A stretch of 61,678 nucleotides of DNA, the filler included, from Anaerolineae bacterium (GTDB lineage Bacteria; Chloroflexota; Anaerolineae; Epilineales; Epilineaceae): the NCBI GenBank assembly GCA_029262755.1. It is 3 parts of 3 records of this genome, joined end to end, with 100 filler letters (N's around TTAATTAATTAA, not from the genome) between each part and the next. Parts side by side here need not be neighbours in the genome. Positions count along the whole stretch, not along the records: positions 42,567 to 61,678 come from JAJCYU010000224.1; 2 more parts are not named here. One strand, given 5' to 3'. Under the pieces are notes generated by a model. It made no database searches and was not told where the DNA came from. It saw only the letters and a list, made by a program, of their open reading frames with translations. The stretch's first letter is position 1, and each line of letters starts with the position of its first letter. Positions 43,470 to 53,083 of this stretch are shown here, piece after piece. Position numbers and translations under genes: made by a program.

Positions 43470-43567
43470 GGGTCCGGGTAGTAACGGTGGACGGTCCGGT
43501 CGCGGTCGCAACGTCGATTTTCCTACAGCACCCACCCCGTCGACTTCATCGGCGACGACGAAAACGA

Positions 43568-43601
43568 ACGGGGGTGGTCTCTTCTGCGAGACCACCCCCG
43601 T
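43568..43601. terminator. Hairpin terminator between convergent genes
   Basis: Perfect 14-bp stem ACGGGGGTGGTCTC / GAGACCACCCCCGT with a 6-nt loop. Confidence 0.7.
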
Positions 43602-43680
43602 CGTTGTGATACCTACGTATTCGCGACTCGTCTCGTCGCAATCCCTGCACGGCTTCCGGAGCCGCGCGCCCCCGCCTCCG

Positions 43681-45318
43681 CTACGGCGTTGGAAGCGGCG
43701 GTGGTGTCGGGGCGCCCGGGTTGGGCGGCGGTGGGATCGGGGTGACGCCGCCGCCGACGCCTCCGATCACGATGACGCGCTCGGGGCCGATGCGGCGCCC
43801 GTCGCGGTTGAGGCGGGCGGTGATGATCTCGTGGTCGCCCGCGGCGTTGCGCTCGAGCCATGCGATGAGCGTCGAGGCGCGGTCGCGCGTGGGCGCAAGG
43901 TCCGGCGAGAAGCTGAACGCGGGGCCACCGGCCAGGGCGTACTGCGGCTTCCACGGGTAGCCGTTGGAGTTCAAGCGGCGGATGCGGATGTCCGGCGGGT
44001 CCGTGGCGCTGCGCTCTTCCCAGGCCAGCAGGTAGCCGCCCTGCGTGCCGAGCGACGAAACCGAGGGCGATGTCTGGTCCGGATCGCCGCCGACCACGCG
44101 GAAGATGGGCTTGTAGGGGAAGGCGTTGGAGTTGAGGCGCTTGCCGAAGATGTCGCGCGCCGGCTCATCCTTGGGCGTTTCGGCCCAAACGACGATGTAC
44201 TGGCTGCCGAGCCAATCGGCGGCCACAGACGGCCGGCCGATGTCGACACCGGTCACGATGGTCCGCTTGGGATCGATGACCAGGTAACGGCCGAGGCTGC
44301 GCATGCGCACCTGCGAAAGCGTCACGTTGGTGCCCACGACCTCGCGCCAAACCAGGGCGTAATCGTCCGTGTTGGAGCTCGGCTTGAAGTCGATGTCCGG
44401 GTAGGTGTCGTCGGAGGGCGCCGTCACAATGCCGAAGGCGTTGCTGACGATGGTGCCGTAGGTCGACAGCCAGATGCCGACGATATCGCGCGAGCCGGAG
44501 ACCGGACCGCCGGGCCCGCCGGGCGGGGTGCCGGGGCCGCCGGGCACGGGCGTGCTCGGCGGCGGAATCGTCGCCGTGGCCTGGAAGGGCACGATGTCAT
44601 CGAGCAGGCCGAGCACGTTGCCGTCGGCCGGGATCCCGGTCACGGCGTCCACGGCCAACACGCCGTCGATCGGGCTGCCGGTGGTCGGGTCGACGCGGAT
44701 CACGTCGCTACCGACGTCTGCCGGCAGCGAAGCCGGCCCACCGAGCGACGTGCGCCCGTCGGGCCCGACCAGGGTCACGCCCTCGTCCCACATTCCGGCC
44801 TCAATCGCCGCCGCGTACGCGCCGTCGAGTGTGTCCGGGATGCTGAGCTCGACGACGCCCTCGATCGCGATCGGGTTGGGCGTCGGCAGGGTGGGCGGCG
44901 TCGGTTGCGGCGTACCGGGAATCGGCGGCGCCACCGGGCCTGCCGGTGTGGGGTTGACGCCTCGGCTGACCGAGTCATCGGTGAAGACCAGTAGGAATTC
45001 GTTCAGGCGCGGGTTGAACACCACCGCCGGATCGGACTGGTTGCCGGCCGCGACGATCACGGGAATCACGCGTCCCGTGGGTAGGCCCGTTGCGGACAGG
45101 CGCATCGCGTAGAGGTCGAGCCCCGTACCGGATCCGGTGTCCTCGGCCCACACCATGAGGTGGGTGTTCGTGTTCTGTGAGTAGGCGATGGCCGGGGTCA
45201 GCGGCTTGCCCGTCGCGGGCGCGGGCCCGGTCTGAGCGGCGCCACCAACCGACCACAACGGCAGGGTAAGCGCGGCGGCCAACACGGCCAGACCCAACGC
45301 TCGGCTTCGGATTCGCAT
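43681..45318 (-). CDS. Secreted protein with six P-x-V...Y-L-V-V-W repeats (probable beta-propeller) and Pro-rich inserts
   Basis: Signal peptide MRIRSRALGLAVL...; repeats HLMVWAE, FLLVFTD, YALVWRE, YIVVWAE, YLLAWEE, TLIAWLE; SD GAGGAG. Confidence 0.8.
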   Translation of the reverse strand: MRIRSRALGLAVLAAALTLPLWSVGGAAQTGPAPATGKPLTPAIAYSQNTNTHLMVWAEDTGSGTGLDLYAMRLSATGLPTGRVIPVIVAAGNQSDPAVVFNPRLNEFLLVFTDDSVSRGVNPTPAGPVAPPIPGTPQPTPPTLPTPNPIAIEGVVELSIPDTLDGAYAAAIEAGMWDEGVTLVGPDGRTSLGGPASLPADVGSDVIRVDPTTGSPIDGVLAVDAVTGIPADGNVLGLLDDIVPFQATATIPPPSTPVPGGPGTPPGGPGGPVSGSRDIVGIWLSTYGTIVSNAFGIVTAPSDDTYPDIDFKPSSNTDDYALVWREVVGTNVTLSQVRMRSLGRYLVIDPKRTIVTGVDIGRPSVAADWLGSQYIVVWAETPKDEPARDIFGKRLNSNAFPYKPIFRVVGGDPDQTSPSVSSLGTQGGYLLAWEERSATDPPDIRIRRLNSNGYPWKPQYALAGGPAFSFSPDLAPTRDRASTLIAWLERNAAGDHEIITARLNRDGRRIGPERVIVIGGVGGGVTPIPPPPNPGAPTPPPLPTP

Positions 45319-45427
45319 GCTGCTCTCCTCTTGTGCGCGGGGACGCGTTGCCGCGACCCATCGCGCTGCGTCCGTCACGCCGCCGCCGACGGTGTCGGCC
45401 TTCTCGGGGCACACGCCCCGACGACGA

Positions 45428-46771
45428 TTAGGGATAAATCTTCTCCAACATGCGCGGAAACGCGATCGTTTCGCGCACGTGGTCCAGGCCGCAGATCCAG
45501 GCGACCGTGCGCTCGACACCCAGGCCGAAGCCCGCGTGCGGCACGGAGCCGAAGCGCCGCAAATCCAGGTACCACTGGTAGTCTTCGCGTGACAGTTCGT
45601 GTTCTTCGATGCGCCGTTCGATCAACTCCGCACTGGTGGCGCGCTGCCCGCCGCCGACGATCTCGCCGTAGCCCTCCGGCGCCAGCATGTCGACGGAGCG
45701 ACAGACCTCCGGGCGATCTTCCACCTCGGCCATGTAGAACGCCTTCGCGGCCGTTGGATAGTGGTACACGAACACCGGGCGATCGAATTGTTCCGCCAGG
45801 AAGGTCTCGTGCGGCGCGCCAAAATCCTCGCCCCACGGGAAGTCCGGGTAGTCGCCCTTCTGCAGGCGCTCCACGGCTTCGTCGTAGCTGATGCGCGGGA
45901 ACGATCCTTGAATCCCTTCGAGCTTCGAGACGTCCCGTTCCAGCACGTCGGTCAGCAGATCGCGGTGCTTGGCCAACGTCGTCTGCACGACGTAACTCAC
46001 GAACTGCTCCTCGATCTCCATGATGTCTTCCAGGTCGGCGAAGGCGATCTCCGGCTCGACCATCCAGAACTCGGTAAGGTGCCGTCGTGTCTTGCTCTTC
46101 TCGGCCCGGAAGGTCGGCCCGAAGCAGTACACCCGTCCCAGCGCCGCCGCCGTCGCTTCGTTGTAGAGCTGGCCGCTCTGGGTTAGATAGGCCGGCTCGC
46201 CGAAATATTCCGTCTCGAAGAGCGTACTCGTGCCCTCGCAGCTGGACGGCGTCAGCACCGGTGTGTCGACCAGCACGAAATCGTGCTCGTCGAGCCAGTC
46301 GCGGATCGCCTTGATAATCGTGGCCCGGATACGCAGGATGGCCGTCTGACGCTGGGAGCGAATCCACAGATGTCGCTGCGCCATCAGGAAGCCCGTACCG
46401 TGCTCCTTGGGCTGGATCGGATAGTCCGCTTCGGCCAACGAGACCAATTCAAAGCCGTCCACGCCCAGCTCGAATCCGCTCGGCGCACGATCGTCCGGCT
46501 TCACAAGGCCGGTCACCCGCACGGCGGACTCCTGCGTCAACGTGCCGATCTGTTCAAACAGATCTGCCGGCACGGACTTGTGGAAGGCCACGGCCTGGAT
46601 CAGCCCACTGCCGTCGCGCAGCATCAAGAACTGCAGCCGCCCCTTGTCGGTGCGATTGTGGATCCAGCCCTGGATGGTCACCCGCTGCCCCGCATGCGCG
46701 GCAACGTCGCCGATGCGCACTACAGGCGCGTCGGCGGTGGTTTCCTCGACGGTCGTCGTCTCCTCGGCCAT
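45428..46771 (-). CDS. asnS: Asparagine--tRNA ligase
   Basis: GWIHNRT...LRDGSG OB fold, YLTQSGQLY, FRAEKSKTRRHLTEFWM, GGGQR, PHAGFGLGVER. Confidence 0.96.
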   Translation of the reverse strand: MAEETTTVEETTADAPVVRIGDVAAHAGQRVTIQGWIHNRTDKGRLQFLMLRDGSGLIQAVAFHKSVPADLFEQIGTLTQESAVRVTGLVKPDDRAPSGFELGVDGFELVSLAEADYPIQPKEHGTGFLMAQRHLWIRSQRQTAILRIRATIIKAIRDWLDEHDFVLVDTPVLTPSSCEGTSTLFETEYFGEPAYLTQSGQLYNEATAAALGRVYCFGPTFRAEKSKTRRHLTEFWMVEPEIAFADLEDIMEIEEQFVSYVVQTTLAKHRDLLTDVLERDVSKLEGIQGSFPRISYDEAVERLQKGDYPDFPWGEDFGAPHETFLAEQFDRPVFVYHYPTAAKAFYMAEVEDRPEVCRSVDMLAPEGYGEIVGGGQRATSAELIERRIEEHELSREDYQWYLDLRRFGSVPHAGFGLGVERTVAWICGLDHVRETIAFPRMLEKIYP

Positions 46772-46885
46772 GCTACTCCTCCCCCAGCGTACGGCTGGGG
46801 CCCGGCACTGACAACGCGCCCCGCCCCCCTGCCGTTATCCCGAATCACGCGCAATAGCGCCGCATCGGGCCGTATTCATCCGGCG

Positions 46886-46914
46886 ATTATAGAGCCGGCC
46901 GCCCGCCCCACGAA
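46886..46914 (-). promoter_or_regulatory. Probable asnS promoter
   Basis: TTCGTG-17 nt-TATAAT on the minus strand. Confidence 0.45.
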
Positions 46915-47083
46915 GGGACGGACGGCCGGAATGTTTCACCAAGAACTTGCTGTGGGTGTGGAGCCTACGTCTCTAGGTCCGGAGCCTACGACGATCGCCT
47001 GACTCGTGCGATCGGATCGACGACGCGCCGTGATCGATCGCGAATGAGGCCGAAGCCGGGGCCGAGGCCGAAGATCTGCAGAC

Positions 47084-47653
47084 CTAGGCCGGCTGCAGGT
47101 CGTAGTCGATGCTGGGGTGCCATTCCTTATCCGGCAACAAGCCGAACAGATGCCACGCCGAGCAATAGGTGTCATAGGGCCCGAGGTAGTCGCGGCCGGT
47201 GCGGGCGATGCTGCCGTCCGCCTGGCGCGCGAAGGCCGATACGCCCGGGTGCACGTTGCCGCTGTCGTCGCGGTACCCCATGTCCTTGGTGAAGGCGCCC
47301 GTCGGATCGCTGGCCATACGGAACTCCCAACCGCGCGAAGCCGCGAAGTCCGCCTGCGTCGCTACATCGTCCGGGCTCACGACCACGAACGACGCGCGGT
47401 CCTCCAACGGCTTGCGCAACCCGTTGAAGCCGTCGGCCCACAGGGTGCAATAGCTGCAGCTCTTGCCCATGTTGTGGATCACGATCAACTCGTCGCTCTC
47501 GCCCATCAGGTCGGCAAGACTGACCTCACCGTCGCCGGTATTGAAGGCGTAATCGGATGAAACCGGCTCCGGCGCCTGCGCTTGCTGCAACTCCTTGGCC
47601 TTCACGGCCAACTCCATCATCTGCTTGCGGACTTCCATCAACTCGGGGTTCAC
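47084..47653 (-). CDS. DUF899-family thioredoxin-like protein
   Basis: SLADLM...LIVIHNMGKSCSYCTLWADG, FAASRGW, PGVSAF; GTG after AGGAGG. Confidence 0.85.
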   Translation of the reverse strand: MNPELMEVRKQMMELAVKAKELQQAQAPEPVSSDYAFNTGDGEVSLADLMGESDELIVIHNMGKSCSYCTLWADGFNGLRKPLEDRASFVVVSPDDVATQADFAASRGWEFRMASDPTGAFTKDMGYRDDSGNVHPGVSAFARQADGSIARTGRDYLGPYDTYCSAWHLFGLLPDKEWHPSIDYDLQPA

Positions 47654-47747
47654 GGGCTGTACCTCCTGCAAGGTCTGGCCGGCACGTCAGTGCGGCACGT
47701 CGGGGGAGTAATTCGGGACGGGGCGATGGGATCCCGAGGGCACGAAC

Positions 47748-47776
47748 AAGATATAGAACAGGCGTTCCCCTGTCAA
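47748..47776 (-). promoter_or_regulatory. Sigma70 promoter with a LexA box in the spacer
   Basis: TTGACA-17 nt-TATCTT (minus strand); GAAC-AGGC-GTTC at 47756-47767 lies between -35 and -10. Confidence 0.7.
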
Positions 47777-47829
47777 GGGCTTGGGGGATGCGTTCGCGCC
47801 ACGCTTCATCGTACTGTCTCGCGCGCGAT

Positions 47830-48180
47830 TGGTTCAGACGGATCCGGGCGGATTGGGTTAAGGCTGTGTTGCGGTGGGACGAGGCGTTCGCTCGTGCGCG
47901 CCTGACGTCGACATTGGGCGTCGACAGACTGGCAGCGCGGGCGAGCGAGGGGCCAACGGCTCATCGAGAGGAGAGCCACGTAGATGCGCAGAAGCACGGG
48001 CTGGGGCACCGGAAGGACATCCGCAGCTTCGCTCCGGCGTCCCGCGGGGCGCTCACGAGCCGCTCACGAGCCGATCCCCCTACCCTCGGCGACGAGGCTC
48101 GCGACCACGCGACGCGAGGTCCGCCGAGGGTTGCGCAAGGCGCTAGCGCCGATGCTCGTGTACAACGACCAGCGGGAGCG
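47830..48180 (+). mobile_element. Highly degraded transposase remnant, possibly IS1634-like
   Basis: Ordered fragments across frames (FRRIRADWVKAVLRWDEAFARARLTS; KDIRSF; PI..LGDEARDH; LRKALAPML) resemble the IS1634 C-terminal order RTS / ERAFRSLK / RPIxHxxxxRVRAH / ALAPLLF. Recognised by eye only. Confidence 0.35.
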
Positions 48181-48509
48181 TCGGCCGGCAGGGGACGAGC
48201 AGGACTGCCGGGGCTGCGGCTAGTACGGGCGTCGATGGATGCGGCGACCACCGCGTGCCGGGGGGCCATTGACATGGCGCTGCGAAGGATGGTAGGTTGC
48301 GGCTGTGCCGCCCTGCCGGACTACTGAAATGGCAACGGTTTCGGCCGATTGGTCAAGCAAACGTATGGGTTTAATGACCCCGATCCGACGATGTAAGGAA
48401 TCTCGTCAAGAATGGCAGAAGTACGCCATCCTGAAGGGTAAGGAAAAGGGTCCTTTTCGAGACACGATTCCCTTGATCTGAGCGGAGTTCCATGTAGGAG
48501 ACAAAGCCC

Positions 48510-48695
48510 ATGCAACATCGTCGCGGCCACGTCCTCGCCGAGCTGATCTTGGCTATCGTGCTCCTATGGGCTGGCTACGAAGTTGATCTCTTATCTTCTC
48601 ATCGCCCGCTCTATCATCAACTCGCGCTGGGCCTTGCCCTTGTAGTCGCACTTGGGCTTATCGGCTACCGGCTACTGCGGAGCTTAAGAACGTAG
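48510..48695 (+). CDS. Small 2-TM hypothetical protein
   Basis: SD AGGAG; two hydrophobic helices in 61 aa. Confidence 0.55.
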   Translation: MQHRRGHVLAELILAIVLLWAGYEVDLLSSHRPLYHQLALGLALVVALGLIGYRLLRSLRT

Positions 48696-48800
48696 ACACG
48701 GATATCTATCGTTCCTCGGGAAGAAGCGCACGTGAGCAAAACGAAATGGCCTCATGCCGACCGTCACGAGAACCGCCCGTTTTGAGTCGCGGCTCCCAGC

Positions 48801-50417
48801 TCAAGGTCCCGGCGTCGCCGTGGCGATGGGCGAATAGGACTCGACGATCTCACCAGTCGCTGCACTTCGATACTCAATCGCATCGGCGTCACGATCGACC
48901 CAGATTGCTCCACCGTCGAACACCATCACTTCTAGAACTCCTTCTGGTTGCCACGCACTCACGCGTCGGAATCGCTCATCAACAGTTGTGAGTGCGGTCA
49001 ATTGTGCGGTTTCGATATCGAAGCGTACGAGGTGCGAGGCTGGGAATTCGGCGCACATCTCATATTGATCGGCGATGGTGAATACCAACGCGGATCCATC
49101 CGGAGCCCACGCTAGGAAGCCAAACTCTTCACCGAAGAAGGGCGCCGAGACGACCTTCATGGTTGCAAGGTCAAGTACGCTCACCACGAGCTCATTTCGG
49201 GCGTCGGTGTCGCCGCTCCCTAGGCCTGCGATGAATTGTCCAGTCGGGTCGAGTGTTGGATCGCTGCCGACGTATGGGAGCAGCCGCGGTGACTGCGTCT
49301 CCGTATCGAACGCAGACAAGGTGTGACTGCAGTGACTCACGCATCCGTCTCCACAGATCACGTTGTCTAGGATGACCGTGCCGCCATCCGGCAACCAGGC
49401 GAACACGGATGGGGTGGTCGAACCGATGTCGCCACTCTGCCAGTGCTCGTTCATCTGCCAGCGGCGGTCGGTGGGTTCGTGGACCAACTCAATGCCCACG
49501 TACGCCAGCTTGGTGTCTGGTTCTCGGGGATCAATTTCTTGGGAATTGCCACTGATCTCACGTGCCACCCACTGACCATCGGGCGACGGGACGTCGCGTG
49601 TTTGCGCTATATCGGGTGTTGGCCAGCGGTTCTCGGGCCGAACAACATGGTAGATGCTGTACCGGCTCTCGCGTGAGGCCATGAGATGTCGCTCTGTGGC
49701 GGCTACCGTCGCGCTGTACTCGTCAGGGGATGACCAGCTCCATGAAGACCAGTGCCACGTAGTGCCCGAGCGCTCGAAGCGCCAGCTTGCGGCTTGCGGG
49801 GCCGAATCGAAGTCGTCTCCAAAACTGGCCGACTCCCCCTGCCAGCCGGTTGTGACAACGTCGACAGTATCCAGGCCCGCTAGAGTTTGTGGCTCATCAA
49901 ACGACACGAAAACGGGAGTCTCGCCGCGACTAGCGAAATACCCCTGAAGGATCGGTCGAGAGCCTGCCGCGAATAACTCCGTGAGCAGCCCCGCGACTTC
50001 ATGCTCACGGAGACTGCCTATCGGTTCATCTTCGCCAATTGCATGAAACCACAGCGTCCCTTGAGTTCGGTTGACTGTATCTCCATCGCCGATGGACTCA
50101 GTCAGCCACGTCTCGTCGCGCATTCTGAGGCGCTCTTGAACTTCGGCGAGGAACGCTCCTGCCGGCCCAGCTTCAAGGGGAAGGTAGACGGCGCTGCCCG
50201 TGAGCGCTGGACCGGGGCTCACATACAGCCCATCGTCGTCCGGCCGGTATACCGGCGTCGAAGTTGCAGCAACTGGCGCACTGCTTGAAGTGGTCATCGG
50301 GGGAAGTTGAGGAGTCGCCGGAACTTGACAAGCGAGCAGGGTCATTCCTAAGCATCCTATGGCCACGCACGTCAGGAACCGACCAGTGGATACTTTGGAG
50401 CTCAGAATCATGCTCAT
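48801..50417 (-). CDS. Lipoprotein with a C-terminal TolB/WD40-like propeller
   Basis: Lipobox LLAC; SPDGQW, AWLPDG, DPTGQ, AWAPDGSALVF blade motifs. Confidence 0.7.
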   Translation of the reverse strand: MSMILSSKVSTGRFLTCVAIGCLGMTLLACQVPATPQLPPMTTSSSAPVAATSTPVYRPDDDGLYVSPGPALTGSAVYLPLEAGPAGAFLAEVQERLRMRDETWLTESIGDGDTVNRTQGTLWFHAIGEDEPIGSLREHEVAGLLTELFAAGSRPILQGYFASRGETPVFVSFDEPQTLAGLDTVDVVTTGWQGESASFGDDFDSAPQAASWRFERSGTTWHWSSWSWSSPDEYSATVAATERHLMASRESRYSIYHVVRPENRWPTPDIAQTRDVPSPDGQWVAREISGNSQEIDPREPDTKLAYVGIELVHEPTDRRWQMNEHWQSGDIGSTTPSVFAWLPDGGTVILDNVICGDGCVSHCSHTLSAFDTETQSPRLLPYVGSDPTLDPTGQFIAGLGSGDTDARNELVVSVLDLATMKVVSAPFFGEEFGFLAWAPDGSALVFTIADQYEMCAEFPASHLVRFDIETAQLTALTTVDERFRRVSAWQPEGVLEVMVFDGGAIWVDRDADAIEYRSAATGEIVESYSPIATATPGP

Positions 50418-50461
50418 TCTTGATCTCTCCCAATTGCATATCGAGCACGAAGATTCCAGTG

Positions 50462-51322
50462 CTATGAATCAGCAAGAAGAGCAGGGTCAGGCTGAGAGTT
50501 TTGACCGTCTCCATGACCGTCCTGTGGCGCGATCGGAGGCTTGCCGGGCTTAGGTTGGACTCTGGATAGAAATGAGATGAGCGCTCCCGTAATCCCGACG
50601 ACCGCTGCTACGGGGGCAAGGAATATGGCCCCCCAACTGCCGACGAATTCAAGAGCGATACGGTGGTAGAATTCGTCGGCGTCCCAGAGCGGAGGCACGT
50701 AGGTGGGTAGCCAGAGTGCGACAACGAAAAGCGAACCGGCAAGTCCGAGCAGCGTCGCCCACCACTGCCGTGTAAACATCCAGAGTCCGAGCATCACCAT
50801 GAAAATTGCGCTGAGTGCCAAAATCTCCGTGATTACATAGCTTAGTAGCGCGTTCGACTCGAACGATATTGAGAGACCATTGAACACATCCGGCTTGACG
50901 TCTTCGATCGTCAGTGGCCTGCCGAGCGCCACCTCGAGTGCGCCGCGCGGCAGGACGTATCGACTGAAGTACGGTCCCCACGTCGCTGAGTGGATGGTGT
51001 ATGTTCGATCCCTGAATGATACCGTTCTTATCGCCTCGGCTGCCTGGCGTTCTACAGGGAATACCGCGTAGCGCGTAACGATAGTGACCTCGTTCTCGGT
51101 CAGGGCCGTGATGGCTGTCATGATCTGGGCGTCATTGTCCGCAGTCGCCTCGGACACCAACAGCGCTGCTTCGTCTGCCGACAACGGCTTGAGCGGAAGA
51201 AACATGGTGGTCGGAGTGCGTGCTCCTGACCACCTCATCGCCAAAATGGCGACCACGATCAGCGTTGCCACTCCGGCTAAAGAGATTGCAGCTCTGAGCA
51301 ACCGCCACACTCTGTCTGGCAT
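50462..51322 (-). CDS. Hypothetical membrane protein (N-terminal TM, extracytoplasmic domain, 3 C-terminal TMs)
   Basis: Long ORF in lower-GC DNA; hydropathy pattern. Confidence 0.65.
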   Translation of the reverse strand: MPDRVWRLLRAAISLAGVATLIVVAILAMRWSGARTPTTMFLPLKPLSADEAALLVSEATADNDAQIMTAITALTENEVTIVTRYAVFPVERQAAEAIRTVSFRDRTYTIHSATWGPYFSRYVLPRGALEVALGRPLTIEDVKPDVFNGLSISFESNALLSYVITEILALSAIFMVMLGLWMFTRQWWATLLGLAGSLFVVALWLPTYVPPLWDADEFYHRIALEFVGSWGAIFLAPVAAVVGITGALISFLSRVQPKPGKPPIAPQDGHGDGQNSQPDPALLADS

Positions 51323-51508
51323 TGAACCACCCTTCCTCGCCTTCAAGAGCTGAACACTGCCGTCTTAGAAGTTGGAACGTTTGACGGTCCGGCAGTCGCA
51401 GCCGGACCAACATTATCATGGCTTTCAGTCCAGCAACCCCAGCTGGTTGAATTCTTAGAGTTCCGCTGAATCACAGCTGTAAGTACCGTAAGAGCAACGG
51501 CCAAGGCG

Positions 51509-51796
51509 TCACCTCCTCCAGGAGGAAGACCGGCGATCACTCAACCTCGCGCCCAACTGCCACAGCATGAAGAAGTGGAGCGCGACAACAAGCATCAGCA
51601 GCAGCGAGATCGGCCCTAGGAGCCATTCACCGAGTTCTGGCGACCCCAAGGCCATGGCTGTCCCGATGACATATCCGCCACCAAACATCGCTGCGCTCAG
51701 GCTGAGAAGGAGGCGATATTGGAGACCACCAGTGCTGCGCGTGTTTCGCGACAGGAAAACTTCGTCGGAATAGGACTTCATCCGCTCGGAATTCAT
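51509..51796 (-). CDS. Small 2-TM hypothetical protein
   Basis: SD AAGGAGG before MNSERM; two hydrophobic segments. Confidence 0.55.
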   Translation of the reverse strand: MNSERMKSYSDEVFLSRNTRSTGGLQYRLLLSLSAAMFGGGYVIGTAMALGSPELGEWLLGPISLLLMLVVALHFFMLWQLGARLSDRRSSSWRR

Positions 51797-51976
51797 GGGA
51801 GGGGTTCCTCCTTCTTGTGATTCTGTGATGTGGCCCCATGGCGACCGCTTCGGGGTGCCTGCCGCGAACACCGCAACCGGCTGCTCGACCAGCCGCACGG
51901 CTTGATGGCTAAGTCTCCGTGAGGTGCCACGCCGCGTGTTGGGTCAGTTGAATACAGCATGAGTTCGCGCCTTGCT

Positions 51977-53083
51977 TCAAGGCAGAAACTGCTGTGTGAT
52001 CTGCAGCACGAGACCATCCGCGACGGTAATCCGAATCGGCGAATCACGCATATACCGTTGCGCTTCCGGGGCGCTCTCATCGAACAGATTCAAGAAGCTC
52101 TGCACACTCGAGCGCTGCAACTCCAGCTCCCCCCCTTCTGCGTGTCCCAGGAGTTCCACTCTCGCCGTGGCCTGGAGTTGAAATTTGCTGGTGTCCGGGT
52201 AGAGGTCGCGAATGTAGAAAGGGTTCGACAGATGGTTCATATCGTCGATAACACCATCTTCGACGGCCGCCAGCCCAGCTTCGTCGCCGCCGAGAAAGTG
52301 CGCGATGTCAACTTCGAGCACCATCTCCCCGTTGCTCAGGTCCTCGATCCCCTTGACATGGCCGAAGTAGCGGCCCGTGGCACCGGCCCGCTCGCTTTTT
52401 GGCCCTGAGAATTCGAAGTTGCGCAGAACGGCGTCGAAGCCCGAGCGATGTCTCTCAAAGTTCTCGGGCTCGCTTGCCATCGCGCTGATTCGCCATCGTC
52501 GCTCACCGGAATCGATATAGACCGACTCGGAGTAGCCAGGATGCGAATCGATGACGTCCATATAGTCTTCCACTTGGGAGATGGCGGGCAGCCCACCGAT
52601 GGTGATGTCTTCAACATCGCGCACCTGAAACCCGCTCGGTGAACCCGACTCCACCTGGTGCGCCATCCATGCATCGAACGGCACATCATCTTCCGGCCTT
52701 TCAGCTATGATTTTGATCCACATGCCATCACCAACCGCCATACCATCGTCCATCTTGGCGCTCGTGACGGCAACCGAACTCTCGGACTCGGCATTGTCCC
52801 AGATGCGAAAGAACCAAGACGCCGGATAGGACGTGCAGAAACCCAATTGCTGGTCGCACGCAGAAACGAGTTCGGTCGAATCGGTGGCCGTTGCGGCAAC
52901 CGCAATGGTGGTCGCCGATGTTGAGGACGAAGTTCCAACTCCAACCTCCGGGACCGGACTACAGGCGGTCGCGAGGAACCAGAGACAAAGTGGACCGACC
53001 AGCGTCATGATGGTTCGCGAGGTGGGCCGTGGCGCCCTGCCAGAGAACGAACCAACCAACCAGCTAGAGCAACGCCGTATCAC
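51977..53083 (-). CDS. Lipoprotein with a PsbP/DcrB-like domain and a second C-terminal domain
   Basis: Lipobox ATAC, Ser/Thr linker, GFCTSYPASW...ITIGGLPA...FDAVLRNFEF. Confidence 0.7.
   Translation of the reverse strand: MIRRCSSWLVGSFSGRAPRPTSRTIMTLVGPLCLWFLATACSPVPEVGVGTSSSTSATTIAVAATATDSTELVSACDQQLGFCTSYPASWFFRIWDNAESESSVAVTSAKMDDGMAVGDGMWIKIIAERPEDDVPFDAWMAHQVESGSPSGFQVRDVEDITIGGLPAISQVEDYMDVIDSHPGYSESVYIDSGERRWRISAMASEPENFERHRSGFDAVLRNFEFSGPKSERAGATGRYFGHVKGIEDLSNGEMVLEVDIAHFLGGDEAGLAAVEDGVIDDMNHLSNPFYIRDLYPDTSKFQLQATARVELLGHAEGGELELQRSSVQSFLNLFDESAPEAQRYMRDSPIRITVADGLVLQITQQFLP

Noticed and set aside
51343..51540. 65-aa ORF in the island (also 53080..53325)
   Set aside because: Short, with no recognisable motif or clear SD; cannot be supported as genes.
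51977..52000. C-terminal QQFLP of the island lipoprotein as another YLP tag
   Set aside because: No Pro/Thr linker precedes it; it looks like the last strand of a globular domain, and the protein already has a lipobox.
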